Shown here piece by piece: positions 44,909 through 54,251 of a stretch of DNA of 64,000 bases. The notes under the pieces were generated by a model that was not told the origin of the DNA, made no database searches, and worked only from the letters and a program-made list of their open reading frames with translations. Source of the stretch: Pseudomonadota bacterium (GTDB lineage: Bacteria > Chloroflexota > Ktedonobacteria > Ktedonobacterales > JADMIN01). The stretch is taken from the NCBI GenBank assembly GCA_021324535.1, contig JAJPIU010000192.1, positions 82 through 64,081 of the forward strand. Reading direction: 5' to 3'. The first letter of the stretch is position 1. Every line of letters starts with the position of its first letter. A program made the position numbers and the translations under genes.

Positions 44909-45093
44909 CTTTCAGCTTGTCACGCTCCACAGGCGCATGCAAATCTGGCCCGCCTGGTGCTAGAGTGTGACAAGCGGTTTCCGCATAGTGTGTGGGCGAT
45001 ACGTCCTGTACGTTCTGGCGGCGTCAGTCGCCAGATTTTTGTGCGTCTGCCATAAACGCGGATATTCCATGCGCTGCTGAGGGGGCAAAGAGC

Positions 45094-47286
45094 ATGCACG
45101 GATTGACCGAGCAACAGTTGTTGCTGGCGCTGGTGGGCCTGGGGGTGATGCTGATCGTCGCGCGTGGCGCGGGCGAGGTGGCGCGCCGCATTGGTCAGCC
45201 GGAGGTGTTAGGCGAGCTACTGGCCGGATTTTTGCTGGGGCCGTCGGTTCTGGGCGCACTCCTTCCAGGGGTCAGCCGCGCCTTGTTTGTCAACGTGGCC
45301 ACCGCGCCGTTCTTCTCAGGTGTCTCATGGATAGGCGCCATCCTGCTGCTGTTGCTGGCTGGCATCGAGGTTGACCTGACGCTGATCCGCAAAGAGGCTC
45401 GATCCGGCATGTACGCGGCGCTGGGAGCGATTATCCCCTCGCTGGCGTTTGGCGCTTTCTTTGGGCTGGTCATCCTGCGTCGTCCATTGCCAAATGCGTT
45501 TTTTGTGGGCATTGTGCTCTCGGTCACAGCGGTCAGTGTTGCTGCGAAGATCTTCTTCGAGCGCGAAGAGCTGCGCCGCACCTATGCGCAGGTGATTCTG
45601 GCGGCAGGCATCGCCAGCGAGGTCGTCGCCTGGCCGCTCGTCTCGATAGCATCCGCGCTGAAGTCTCCCTTTCCTCTGCTCGCGGGCGCACGGGCGTTAC
45701 TCTTTGTCGCGCTCTTCTTTGTCTTCATGTTCACCATCGGGCGCTGGCTGACGTTCTGGGCAATGCGCCGCGTCGCCGACTTTACGGGCGTCACACAGGG
45801 ACAGCTCTCGCTTGCGCTGATCCTCACGCTGGGCGCGGCGGCGCTCACCCAGAGTCTGGGGCTGCATCCGCTGCTTGGCGCGTTTGTCTTCGGCGTCATC
45901 CTTGGGCGAGCGCCGCGCGCCAACCGCGCCACCAGCACACTAATAGGCAGTCTGCAAACATTGACGACCAGCCTCTTTGCGCCGATCTTCTTTGTGCTGG
46001 CGGGCATGCGCGTCAACATCTTCGCGCTTGGCAGCGTCGGCGGGGTTGGACTGATCCTCCTGCTCTTTGTCGGCGCGACGGCGATCAAAGTCACACTGGC
46101 GGCGATTGGCGCGCTGATTGGGCGGCTGCCATCGTGGCAGGCGGCGCTGGTGGGCATGGGCGTGAATCTGAAGGGCGGCACCGATGTGATCGTCGCCATC
46201 ATCGGGGTCGAGCTGGGGCTGCTCACCACGCAAACCTACACGATCTACACCATTGTGGCGCTGCTGACCGTCGTCGTCTCACCAGCGGCGCTCACGTACC
46301 TCGCGCGAAAGTCCGCCCCCACCGCCGAAGAGCAGGCGCGCATGGAGCACGAGGTGGCCGAGCGGCGCGCTTATGCCCCGCAGATCGAGCGCGCGCTGGC
46401 ATTGAATGCGCCAGACCTCGCTCCCGCCTCGGTCGCCGCCGTACTCCACCAGATCGCGCTGGCAAAACAGCAGCAAGAGCAGTTCTTCGACATCACCGAA
46501 CTCACATTATCGCCGGATGATCAGAAGACTGGCGTTCTGAAGCTACCGCCAGCCACTCGGGAAGGGCAATCACAGGCGGATCGTGTGATGTCAGGCGAGT
46601 ACGCCGAGATGAGCCAGCCGCTCAGCCGCGCGAACGCGCTGGAAAACGTGGAGGTGACACAGCGCACCGAACGCGCCGAGGTCACACCGACCGCGCTCGA
46701 TTACGCGAAGTCGCACCATCTGATCGTCCTTGGTGGCCTGCCACAGACGCGCCAACGCGCCTTCTCGTTTGGAGCCATGCAGGACGCTATCATCCGCCAG
46801 GCGCCAACCGACGTGCTGGTGGTCTCCGACCGGCAGGGAAAACTCGTCGAGCAGGCGGCTCGCAACATCCTGGTTCCCGTGATCGATCTTGAGTATTCAC
46901 TGGCTGCCGCCGACCTCGCTGCATATGTCGCCAGGGGCTACGGCGCCGACCTGACGCTCTTCAACGTCACCTCCGCCGACCTTGAAGGTCTGTTCTGGCG
47001 CGAGCAAGATCAACGCCGCCTGCGTCAGCTTGCCGATGCGATTGTGGAGAAGGCGGCGTTTCGTGTGCGGCGGCTTGGCGGCCAGGTGACGACACGTATC
47101 CAGATTGGCCAGGAACCCGCGTCGGCGATCCTGCGGGAGATGGCTCGCAACTCCTATGACCTGATCGCGCTGGGCGTCTACTCGCGCGGCTCCGAGCATC
47201 ACCTGCGACTGGGGCCGGTGGCGCAGAAGGTACTGACGAAATGCCAGACACCCTCGCTCACGCTGATCGCCCGCCGCACGCTGTGA
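45094..47286 (+). CDS. cation:proton antiporter (CPA2/Kef-NhaP-like) fused to tandem universal stress protein (USP) domains
   Basis: The N-terminus GQPEVLGELLAGFLLGPSVLG and about 12 TM helices fit the family. The C-terminal roughly 280 aa holds two USP-like units (..HHLIVLG.., ..NILVPV..YDLIALGVYSRG..LGPVAQKVL). ATG 45094 has a GAGGGGG SD. Confidence 0.85.
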   Translation: MHGLTEQQLLLALVGLGVMLIVARGAGEVARRIGQPEVLGELLAGFLLGPSVLGALLPGVSRALFVNVATAPFFSGVSWIGAILLLLLAGIEVDLTLIRKEARSGMYAALGAIIPSLAFGAFFGLVILRRPLPNAFFVGIVLSVTAVSVAAKIFFEREELRRTYAQVILAAGIASEVVAWPLVSIASALKSPFPLLAGARALLFVALFFVFMFTIGRWLTFWAMRRVADFTGVTQGQLSLALILTLGAAALTQSLGLHPLLGAFVFGVILGRAPRANRATSTLIGSLQTLTTSLFAPIFFVLAGMRVNIFALGSVGGVGLILLLFVGATAIKVTLAAIGALIGRLPSWQAALVGMGVNLKGGTDVIVAIIGVELGLLTTQTYTIYTIVALLTVVVSPAALTYLARKSAPTAEEQARMEHEVAERRAYAPQIERALALNAPDLAPASVAAVLHQIALAKQQQEQFFDITELTLSPDDQKTGVLKLPPATREGQSQADRVMSGEYAEMSQPLSRANALENVEVTQRTERAEVTPTALDYAKSHHLIVLGGLPQTRQRAFSFGAMQDAIIRQAPTDVLVVSDRQGKLVEQAARNILVPVIDLEYSLAAADLAAYVARGYGADLTLFNVTSADLEGLFWREQDQRRLRQLADAIVEKAAFRVRRLGGQVTTRIQIGQEPASAILREMARNSYDLIALGVYSRGSEHHLRLGPVAQKVLTKCQTPSLTLIARRTL

Positions 47287-47290
47287 TATG

Positions 47291-48259
47291 CTAGCTCACA
47301 CGCTGGCGCACCCAATAGATGGCGAACACGATCAACGCGACCGCCAGCGCGACTAAGATCGCCGACTCGATCCCCTGGAACGGCCAGAAGCGATCTGCGG
47401 GCTGATAGACAATGTTATCGAGCCAGCCGTGCGCGTGCATGCACTGGAAGAACTGCACCTTCGAGGCGACATTTTGTGGCGCGCATGTGCTGAACGCCTG
47501 ATAATCGCTAATGCTATGCCCCTGAGCGTCTACCCAGCCCTCGGAGATGATCCAGTCGCCACGTCCGAAAGATGAGGGAGCCGTTGAGAGGAGGTCGCGG
47601 GTCGTCGTCAGCGGGGTCATGTAGCGTGGACGCAGCCAGAACTCGATGGGCAGCCTGACCGCCAGGAAGGCGGCCAGCGTCACCACCATCGCCAGGATGG
47701 TTCGCCTGAGCAACACGCCAGCAGCAATGCCCAACGCCAGCGCAAAGAGCATATACGCCAGCAAAACGATGCCCTCGAAGTCGAATCCGCCTGAAATGAA
47801 CCGTCCCTGAAGCGCATCGAACGGTTGGCGAAACCACGTGAGGGTCACTGTCAGGATGATTGCCGCGACCAGGCCCGTGCCCAGCATGAGCGCAAGCTGC
47901 GTGGCGATCCAGCGCGAGCGGGTCACGCTCTGTGTCCAGACGAGGCGATGTGTGCCGTTTTCCACCTCGCGCGCCACCAACGGCGCCCCGACGAGGATCG
48001 CCAGCAGCGCAGGGACAAGATTGAGCCACAGGATCGCCCCATCCAGCCAGCCGTAATTCGTATCAAATCCTTCGATGATGTTCGCGCAATTTTGTGTGTT
48101 GACGGTGGGCGAATCAGTCAGGCAGTTTGCCACACCCAACTGCTGGTAGGCGTCGTGCATCTGTACGCCCTCCACCAGCAGAAAACCAACAATCAGCGCC
48201 AGCACACACGCCGCGATGATCAACTCGCCGCGATGCTGTCGCCATGCCATCCAGATCAT
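47291..48259 (-). CDS. ABC-2-type transporter permease
   Basis: Six hydrophobic segments. A 4-nt overlap with the upstream ATPase gene couples the two. Confidence 0.7.
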   Translation of the reverse strand: MIWMAWRQHRGELIIAACVLALIVGFLLVEGVQMHDAYQQLGVANCLTDSPTVNTQNCANIIEGFDTNYGWLDGAILWLNLVPALLAILVGAPLVAREVENGTHRLVWTQSVTRSRWIATQLALMLGTGLVAAIILTVTLTWFRQPFDALQGRFISGGFDFEGIVLLAYMLFALALGIAAGVLLRRTILAMVVTLAAFLAVRLPIEFWLRPRYMTPLTTTRDLLSTAPSSFGRGDWIISEGWVDAQGHSISDYQAFSTCAPQNVASKVQFFQCMHAHGWLDNIVYQPADRFWPFQGIESAILVALAVALIVFAIYWVRQRVS

Positions 48260-49038
48260 GATAGTGTTCCTTTCGCTGACTGGCCAAGATAATCGAGCGT
48301 GATGTCTTCAAGCGTCGCGTTATGCGTGCGTTTGATCTCGTCAATATCGCCCGCTAGCTGCACACGCGAAGCCGAGAGGATGATCAGGTAGTCGCAGACA
48401 CGTTCGAGGTCAGCGACATTGTGGGAAGAGAGCAGCACGCTCACGCCCTGCTCCGCGACGGACTCGGTGAGTGTGCGCAGAAAATCGCGCCGGGCAAGCG
48501 GATCGAGGCTGGCGAGCGGCTCGTCGAGCAATAGCACATCGGGCCGTTTGGCCAGCGCCAGGGCAAGCGCCACCTGCGCCTGCTGCCCACCGGAGAGCTT
48601 GTCCGCTCGTTGCTCCAACGGGATGTTGAGCGCGCGGAGCCGCCGCTCGGCCAGCGCGTTATCCCAACGCGGATTGAGATGGCGGCCCATCGTCAGCGTC
48701 TCGGCCACACTAAAGCCTTTGTAGAGCGGATGGTCTTGCGCGACGAAGCCAATATGGGGCAGCATCGCCTTGGCCTGTGTCTGCGGAGAATAGCCGCAAA
48801 CGCGCACGCTGCCCGCGCTTGGCTGCGTCAGCCCGACGCACAGATGCAGCAGCGTCGTTTTGCCAGCGCCGTTCGGCCCCACCAGCGCAGCAATCTTGCC
48901 GGTGGGCAGGCTCAGCGTGCAGTCGCGCAGCGCCCACTTCTTCCCGTAGCGCTTGCCCAGTCCCTCTGTCTGCAAGGCATAGCCGGTTCTCTCCCCTGCT
49001 ACGCCCAGTGTTTGGGCGCTGGATGATGTGGTGTTCAT
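48256..49038 (-). CDS. ABC transporter ATP-binding protein
   Basis: Walker A GPNGAGKTT, signature LSGGQQ, Walker B LLLDEP, and the H-loop. Confidence 0.92.
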   Translation of the reverse strand: MNTTSSSAQTLGVAGERTGYALQTEGLGKRYGKKWALRDCTLSLPTGKIAALVGPNGAGKTTLLHLCVGLTQPSAGSVRVCGYSPQTQAKAMLPHIGFVAQDHPLYKGFSVAETLTMGRHLNPRWDNALAERRLRALNIPLEQRADKLSGGQQAQVALALALAKRPDVLLLDEPLASLDPLARRDFLRTLTESVAEQGVSVLLSSHNVADLERVCDYLIILSASRVQLAGDIDEIKRTHNATLEDITLDYLGQSAKGTLS

Positions 49039-49145
49039 ACGTCTCCTTTTCTACGACTTCTACGGCGCCTGCTGACTTTCTCATCTTCAAACTTGAGTAT
49101 TGAAAGCAGTCTCGGCGTCTACGCAGACAACTCTAGCAGCCGGAG

Positions 49146-49211
49146 ATGACGCCTCCATGACGCCAGCATGACGGAAAAATGACACGAGGGGCGTTGTCAT
49201 CTGGCTGTCAT
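49146..49211. promoter_or_regulatory. helically phased hexamer array: ATGACG x3 and ATGACA (11-bp spacing), then TGTCAT x2 (11-bp spacing)
   Basis: Direct repeats start at 49146, 49157, 49168 and 49179. Inverted copies start at 49195 and 49206. The array is centred in the divergent spacer between the ABC operon (start 49038) and the response-regulator gene (49318). Confidence 0.5.
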
Positions 49212-49317
49212 GCTGGGGCGCGATACTTATGAGGGAACGCTGGATGTAGAATGTTGGAGTATCCACATATGAAACACAGCCAGCGCCGATACATCTGGCG
49301 TGGAAATGGAGAGTGAG

Positions 49318-50037
49318 ATGGCGCGCATCCTGCTGATCGAAGACAATCATCGGTTGAGCGCGGCGCTGGCGCTGAGCCTGGGTGACGCCGGATATGCTGT
49401 GGATGTCGTCTACGACGGGGGCGAGGGGCAATCCTTCGCCGAGGCGACTGCGTATGACGCGATCATCCTCGATGTGTTGCTGCCGGTGAAGGATGGCTTG
49501 GCGGTCTGTCAGGCGCTCAGGCGGCAGGGAGTGAACACGCCGATCATCATGCTGACCGCACGCGACGCCGTGGAAGATCGCGTGCGTGGGCTGGATAGCG
49601 GCGCCGACGATTATCTGGTCAAGCCGTTTGCCTTCAGCGAACTGCTGGCGCGGCTGCGTGCGATCTTGCGGCGCGAATCGTCTGAGCGCAGCGTTATCCT
49701 CGAAGTGGGCGACCTGCGGCTCGATCCGGCGACGCGCTATGTCGAGCGCGCCGGGCAGACGATCACACTGACGGCGCGGCTGTATGCGCTGCTGGAATAC
49801 TTCATGCGCCGCCCCAACCAGTTGCTCACCCGCGAGATGATCGAGAGCCACCTGTGGAACTATGACTACGAAGGCACGTCAAACGCCGTAGATGTCTATG
49901 TGCGTCGCCTGCGCCAGCAGATAGATGACCCATTCGCGGTGAAGCTGCTGGAGACAGTGCGCGGGGCAGGTTATCGGATGCGTGTTCCCCGCGCGACGCC
50001 CACAGCCACGAGCGCAGATGACGAGAGCCAGGAGTAA
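49318..50037 (+). CDS. OmpR-family response regulator
   Basis: Receiver domain (ILLIEDN, DAIILDVLLP, KP) plus a winged-helix trans_reg_C domain (..VDVYVRRLRQQI..VRGAGYRM). ATG 49318 has a GGAGAG SD. Confidence 0.92.
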   Translation: MARILLIEDNHRLSAALALSLGDAGYAVDVVYDGGEGQSFAEATAYDAIILDVLLPVKDGLAVCQALRRQGVNTPIIMLTARDAVEDRVRGLDSGADDYLVKPFAFSELLARLRAILRRESSERSVILEVGDLRLDPATRYVERAGQTITLTARLYALLEYFMRRPNQLLTREMIESHLWNYDYEGTSNAVDVYVRRLRQQIDDPFAVKLLETVRGAGYRMRVPRATPTATSADDESQE

Positions 50038-50042
50038 CTTCC

Positions 50043-51668
50043 ATGCCAGCAATCTTCACCCAAACGAGCGCGCCAGCAAATAAAGCGGCTCACACTATCG
50101 TAGCCACCCGCGCGAGAGGCTCAAAGCAGCGGGTGAGGAGCGCCATCGGTTGGCTGGGCAGCGTGCGCGTGCGCCTGACGCTATGGTATCTGGCGATCCT
50201 GGCGCTGGTCTTCCTGGTGTTTGCCAGCGCCCTGACGGTGACGGCGGCGCAAAACGAAGAGTTTCAAGAGCATGCGGAGCTTCTCACTGCCTCACAGGAG
50301 CTTGCCTCCACCTATAGCGCCTCGGATGGGCTGCTTCACCTGAACACGCTTGTCACTGTCTCTACACCGACAGCAAAGAGACTCCTTGTGCATGGGAAAA
50401 ACGTGGATCGTGTGTATCCTCTTGGCCCGCAGGACATCGCCATCCTACTCGACGCCCAGACCACTGTCAGGCAGCAGATTGGCCCGCTCACCCCTCAGGC
50501 GACGCTTGCCCTGCAAAAGCCCGTTCTGTTTCCGTCCACTGGGCAGATTGCCACTCCTGAGTATTTCTCCACGACGCTTCCGGTGTATTTGCCCAATGGC
50601 AATGTGACCGATATTCCCTATCTCATCTACCTGACACGGCTGACCACGCAAGGGCAGCCGGTGTATCTGATCGTTGGGCGACCAAACGGATTTGACCAGA
50701 CGGTGAAGCGATATATCCCGGAGATGACGCTGATCGGCCTGTTGACGCTGATTGTGGCGGCGCTTGGCGGCTACTGGCTGGCTGCACGCGCTATGCGGCC
50801 CGTCCGCCAGATCACCCGCGCCGCCCAGACGATCAGCGCGACCGACCTCAGTCAGCGCCTCGTCATCAGGCGGCGCGACGAGCTAGGCGAACTGGCCGCC
50901 ACCTTCGACAGCATGCTCGACCGTCTGGAATCCGCCTTCGCACGTCAGCGCCAGTTCACCGCCGACGCCAGCCACGAGCTACGTACTCCCCTCGCCATCA
51001 TTGACCTTGAAGCCAGCCGCGCGCTTGCCGCCCCACGCACACAAACGGAGTACGAACGTGCGTTGACGACCATCCAGGCTGAAAATACCTACATGGCGCG
51101 GCTGGTGGGCAATCTGTTGACCCTGGCGCGCGCCGACGCAAACCAGGCGATCACAGTAAGTGAGCGCATTGACCTGAGCGACGTGGCGCTGGAGGTGGTG
51201 GAGCGGCTTGCCCCGCTGGCGCATCAGAGCGAGATCACGCTTCAGGTGGGCGCGTTGCCTGAGGCGCCCATCTGGGGAGATCGCGGGTTGTTGGGGCAGG
51301 CGCTCAGCAATCTCATCGAGAACGCGATCAAGTATACAGTCGGGGTGGGCAGCCATGTGACGCTGACAACTGAGATTGCTGAGCGCGACGGGCGCGAATG
51401 GGCGGTGGCGCGAGTCTGCGACAACGGTCCAGGCATTGCGCATGAGCACCTGCCGCACCTCTTCGAGCGATTCTATCGCGTTGATAGCGCCCGCGCCCGT
51501 TCGTCATTGGATGAGGCCCAACCAGCAAAAGATGGCGCCGGCCTGGGGTTGGCAATTGTGAACCGGGTGGCGCAGGCGCACGGCGGCGAGGTCTATGTGG
51601 AGAGTAGCAAAGGGATAGGGGCAACCTTTGAGGTGTGGCTGCCCCTTCACTCGTGTTCTGGCCAATGA
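50043..51668 (+). CDS. sensor histidine kinase (two TM helices, HAMP, HisKA, HATPase_c)
   Basis: H-box ADASHELRTPLA, N-box NLIENAIKY, and G-boxes DNGPGI / GAGLGLAIV. There is a roughly 190-aa extracytoplasmic loop. Confidence 0.92.
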   Translation: MPAIFTQTSAPANKAAHTIVATRARGSKQRVRSAIGWLGSVRVRLTLWYLAILALVFLVFASALTVTAAQNEEFQEHAELLTASQELASTYSASDGLLHLNTLVTVSTPTAKRLLVHGKNVDRVYPLGPQDIAILLDAQTTVRQQIGPLTPQATLALQKPVLFPSTGQIATPEYFSTTLPVYLPNGNVTDIPYLIYLTRLTTQGQPVYLIVGRPNGFDQTVKRYIPEMTLIGLLTLIVAALGGYWLAARAMRPVRQITRAAQTISATDLSQRLVIRRRDELGELAATFDSMLDRLESAFARQRQFTADASHELRTPLAIIDLEASRALAAPRTQTEYERALTTIQAENTYMARLVGNLLTLARADANQAITVSERIDLSDVALEVVERLAPLAHQSEITLQVGALPEAPIWGDRGLLGQALSNLIENAIKYTVGVGSHVTLTTEIAERDGREWAVARVCDNGPGIAHEHLPHLFERFYRVDSARARSSLDEAQPAKDGAGLGLAIVNRVAQAHGGEVYVESSKGIGATFEVWLPLHSCSGQ

Positions 51669-51707
51669 GGCGGAATAGTAGTATCTCCGCCTCATTGGCT
51701 TTTCTCT
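51661..51707 (+). terminator. rho-independent terminator of the two-component operon
   Basis: 14-bp perfect stem GCCAATGAGGCGGA / TCCGCCTCATTGGC (51661-51674 / 51686-51699) followed by TTTTCTCT. The kinase stop codon lies inside the stem. Confidence 0.75.
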
Positions 51708-52008
51708 ATGGGCGCGAGATGATCCGCTGTGGCGCGGGTAGACCAGGGCCAGCGATCCCATAGATCAACATCACAAAAGGCGCAAGCGGCAGCAAGAGGT
51801 CGAGCGCCGCGACCCAGAGCCACCGGTTGCGCTTCACCGACTCGACGACCGCCATGCCCCACAAAACAAGTGTTATCAGCACGCTAATGACAAACATAGC
51901 GAGGCCGACGAAGCCTAACAGACCATGATACACGAGCGGAAGTGGGCCTCCATAGATGAAGAGAATCACTGCAACGGCCGCCAACGTGATTGCCATGCGT
52001 CGTGACAT
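51706..52008 (-). CDS. small membrane protein (100 aa, 3 predicted TM helices)
   Basis: Three hydrophobic helices. No family recognised. Confidence 0.5.
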   Translation of the reverse strand: MSRRMAITLAAVAVILFIYGGPLPLVYHGLLGFVGLAMFVISVLITLVLWGMAVVESVKRNRWLWVAALDLLLPLAPFVMLIYGIAGPGLPAPQRIISRP

Positions 52009-52093
52009 GATGCTCTTTCCTTTCTAACAAACGGCGCTTGCTGTGATGGGTGAGCGATTTTTGCGACATTTGCCATTTTGGCAGCTTTACACC

Positions 52094-52122
52094 TTGACAG
52101 TATATACCTTATCGTGTACACT
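52094..52122 (+). promoter_or_regulatory. putative promoter TTGACA-N17-TACACT
   Basis: Consensus -35 at 52094-52099 and -10 at 52117-52122, overlapped by the palindrome GTGTACAC. It would give a roughly 220-nt leader to ATG 52348. Confidence 0.4.
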
Positions 52123-52311
52123 CGTTATACACAACATAGAGGCTCTTGTTGTTTTATCTGTTTGAACGTGTACGGATTGCATCTGCTGACGGAAGAAACC
52201 GTAGCAGACTTACAGGCGTCTGACGCCTTGTAGACACATTGTTGGCGTAGCTCTATCCTGGCAAAGAAGTCCATCCAGCCCTCCGTCCTCATAGAATGAG
52301 GAACATCGAGG

Positions 52312-52341
52312 GCCAGGGAGGATGTCGCCAGGGAGGATGTC
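52312..52341. repeat. 15-bp tandem duplication (GCCAGGGAGGATGTC) x2 spanning the ribosome-binding region
   Basis: Perfect units at 52312-52326 and 52327-52341. Each carries GGGAGG plus an ATG in a different frame from the main ORF start at 52348. Confidence 0.95.
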
Positions 52342-52347
52342 GCCCTT

Positions 52348-53490
52348 ATGCGTCGTGATTTCCATCTTCGTCGTCGTCTTGTCGCTGGGTGGTTGCTCGG
52401 CGCTCTGTTCATCGCGCTCAGCTGTCTTGCCAACCTGCCGCTCTCGGCTCAGGCTGGATCACCTCCGCCAAGATGCCCAACGGAGATTCCTGGCGGAGCA
52501 AGTTGTCTTCCACCAGTGTATTATGGGCATAGTTACTACATCACCGATCCGACCAAAATGTCAACATTGGCCGCACAGGACGCCTCCTATTACAGCAACC
52601 AGTGTACCTACACTGGCCAGCCGTTCCTGACCCTGCTCGACTTTGGACGTCCAGGATTCTACAATGGCGTCTACTCAGTCTATAATTGGGGTAATAATGG
52701 GGAATGGCTCTCGTACACCCTAGTGGTAGGTTACTCCGAACAGTACGCCCAGGACTGGTATCGTGACGCCACATCCTGCCCCTCCTTGTTCCTGGTGGTC
52801 GGCACGAACAACAGCTATGAGTGCTTCCTCAATGGCAGCTATGATCCCTCCTGTAACGTGTATACTGCTGGGGTTCAATGGGATGAGGGCATTCACGGCA
52901 TCATGAACTTTACCTCCAAGTATGGCTATAGCGCTAGAGAGACTGTGTGGGGCGGCGACGATATGGAGGCCGAGTGGGATCAATGGCTGACATGCGCTGG
53001 CAAACCTGCGAATCCTCAAACGTATGACTTCGCGAACGGCGTTGCTCAACAGGAGAAGACCTATTTCACGCATGCCTGGCTGGCCGATTACGGGGACGCT
53101 GACTACGAGATCGCAAATGAGGAAGGGCAATGCAACTGGAATACCGGCGCCACCGATGATACCTACACCTATGACGCCTCTTGGGGTATTGGGTGGGATG
53201 TGCCGTTCCCAGAACTGTACACCGCTTATCAGGGACAGAACTGGGTCAACGTCTACAACGACTTTAAAAGCACCGGTTATTCGTTCTACGGCTCCATCAC
53301 CCAGTGTTCTGAAGCCGATCCGTTGCCAACAGGTGATTGCTACGTCGCCAGAAACGGCGATTGTGAGTTCAGCCCCACCGAAGCCTTCCACAACTACGCC
53401 ATCTACTTCAACCCGAACAGCGCGCTGTACGAGCAGGATACCAACCAGCAGTGGCAAACTGATGGCCACACCGGCAACGGGACTTGTTAG
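52348..53490 (+). CDS. secreted Cys-, Trp- and Tyr-rich protein, unknown family
   Basis: Signal peptide (RR.. hydrophobic ..SAQA). At least 12 Cys. Aromatic-rich motifs (WGGDDMEAEWDQW, WGIGWDVPFPELY). Codon usage is visibly less GC3-biased than in neighbouring genes. Confidence 0.6.
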   Translation: MRRDFHLRRRLVAGWLLGALFIALSCLANLPLSAQAGSPPPRCPTEIPGGASCLPPVYYGHSYYITDPTKMSTLAAQDASYYSNQCTYTGQPFLTLLDFGRPGFYNGVYSVYNWGNNGEWLSYTLVVGYSEQYAQDWYRDATSCPSLFLVVGTNNSYECFLNGSYDPSCNVYTAGVQWDEGIHGIMNFTSKYGYSARETVWGGDDMEAEWDQWLTCAGKPANPQTYDFANGVAQQEKTYFTHAWLADYGDADYEIANEEGQCNWNTGATDDTYTYDASWGIGWDVPFPELYTAYQGQNWVNVYNDFKSTGYSFYGSITQCSEADPLPTGDCYVARNGDCEFSPTEAFHNYAIYFNPNSALYEQDTNQQWQTDGHTGNGTC

Positions 53491-53551
53491 TGACCCACTC
53501 CCTCCATCAACAGTGTGTCTTCTCTGCCATCACCCCAAAGGAGCGTCCTAG

Positions 53552-54196
53552 ATGAGTAAACGTCGATCATCGTCCACATCGTCTTCCTTTCGTCCGCCAC
53601 ATAGCCCGTTGAGCCAGCGTGCCAAGCGCGTGCTGCTCGGCATTGCTATTGCGCTGGCTGTGAGTTTGGCCGCCACTGGCACAATTCTGGCCGCCAGTCA
53701 ACATGGTCGTCCTAGCGCACCACCACTGACCACCAAGCAGCAGAAGGAGAACGCCTACGCGACACAGTTGGCGCAAGCGAAGTTGACCCCTGCCGCGACG
53801 CCAGGGGCGCCCGTTCCGACACCAGCTTCCTGCCCAGAGACCTTCACAACCAAAATTACCAACGATTTGGTCACGCCCACTATGAGCGCGAATGGTGTTC
53901 ACGTTCACCTGGTGAATATGGGCGGGACGCGCCTTGGACTCTATAACTACGGATTCGATGCAGGCTGGGATCTTGCCAATCCCCAGCAAGGCGTGATCAT
54001 CGTCGAACGGGAGTATTATGACTCCTGCTCAACAAAGGCGCACAGTCCACAGAACATCAACTACCTGACCCCCTACCTGACGCCCTATCAGAAGGGCGGC
54101 ATACGAATGACAGCCATACAAGGGCCAAACATCCTCTTCACTACACAGGATGGCGCAACAGGCAGCTTCAACTTCGTCACTGGCCAGTTCTCCTAG
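53552..54196 (+). CDS. N-terminally anchored or secreted protein, unknown family
   Basis: Ser-rich cytoplasmic tip, one TM helix (LLGIAIALAVSLAATGTILAA), a Pro/Ala linker and a beta-rich domain. It lies in tandem with 52348..53490. Confidence 0.55.
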   Translation: MSKRRSSSTSSSFRPPHSPLSQRAKRVLLGIAIALAVSLAATGTILAASQHGRPSAPPLTTKQQKENAYATQLAQAKLTPAATPGAPVPTPASCPETFTTKITNDLVTPTMSANGVHVHLVNMGGTRLGLYNYGFDAGWDLANPQQGVIIVEREYYDSCSTKAHSPQNINYLTPYLTPYQKGGIRMTAIQGPNILFTTQDGATGSFNFVTGQFS

Positions 54197-54251
54197 CAAA
54201 CCTGAGGAGCGGGGGCGCCTGTCCAGATCGGCCAGGTGTCCCCGTTTGCCA

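Noticed and set aside
52322-52630. An alternative-frame 102-aa ORF starting at the duplicated GGGAGG-ATG, with a lipoprotein-like N-terminus.
   Set aside because: There is zero spacing between SD and ATG. The product beyond the first 25 residues is Arg/Ser/Pro-rich and unlike a folded protein. The overlapping 380-aa frame has a coherent signal peptide and coherent composition.
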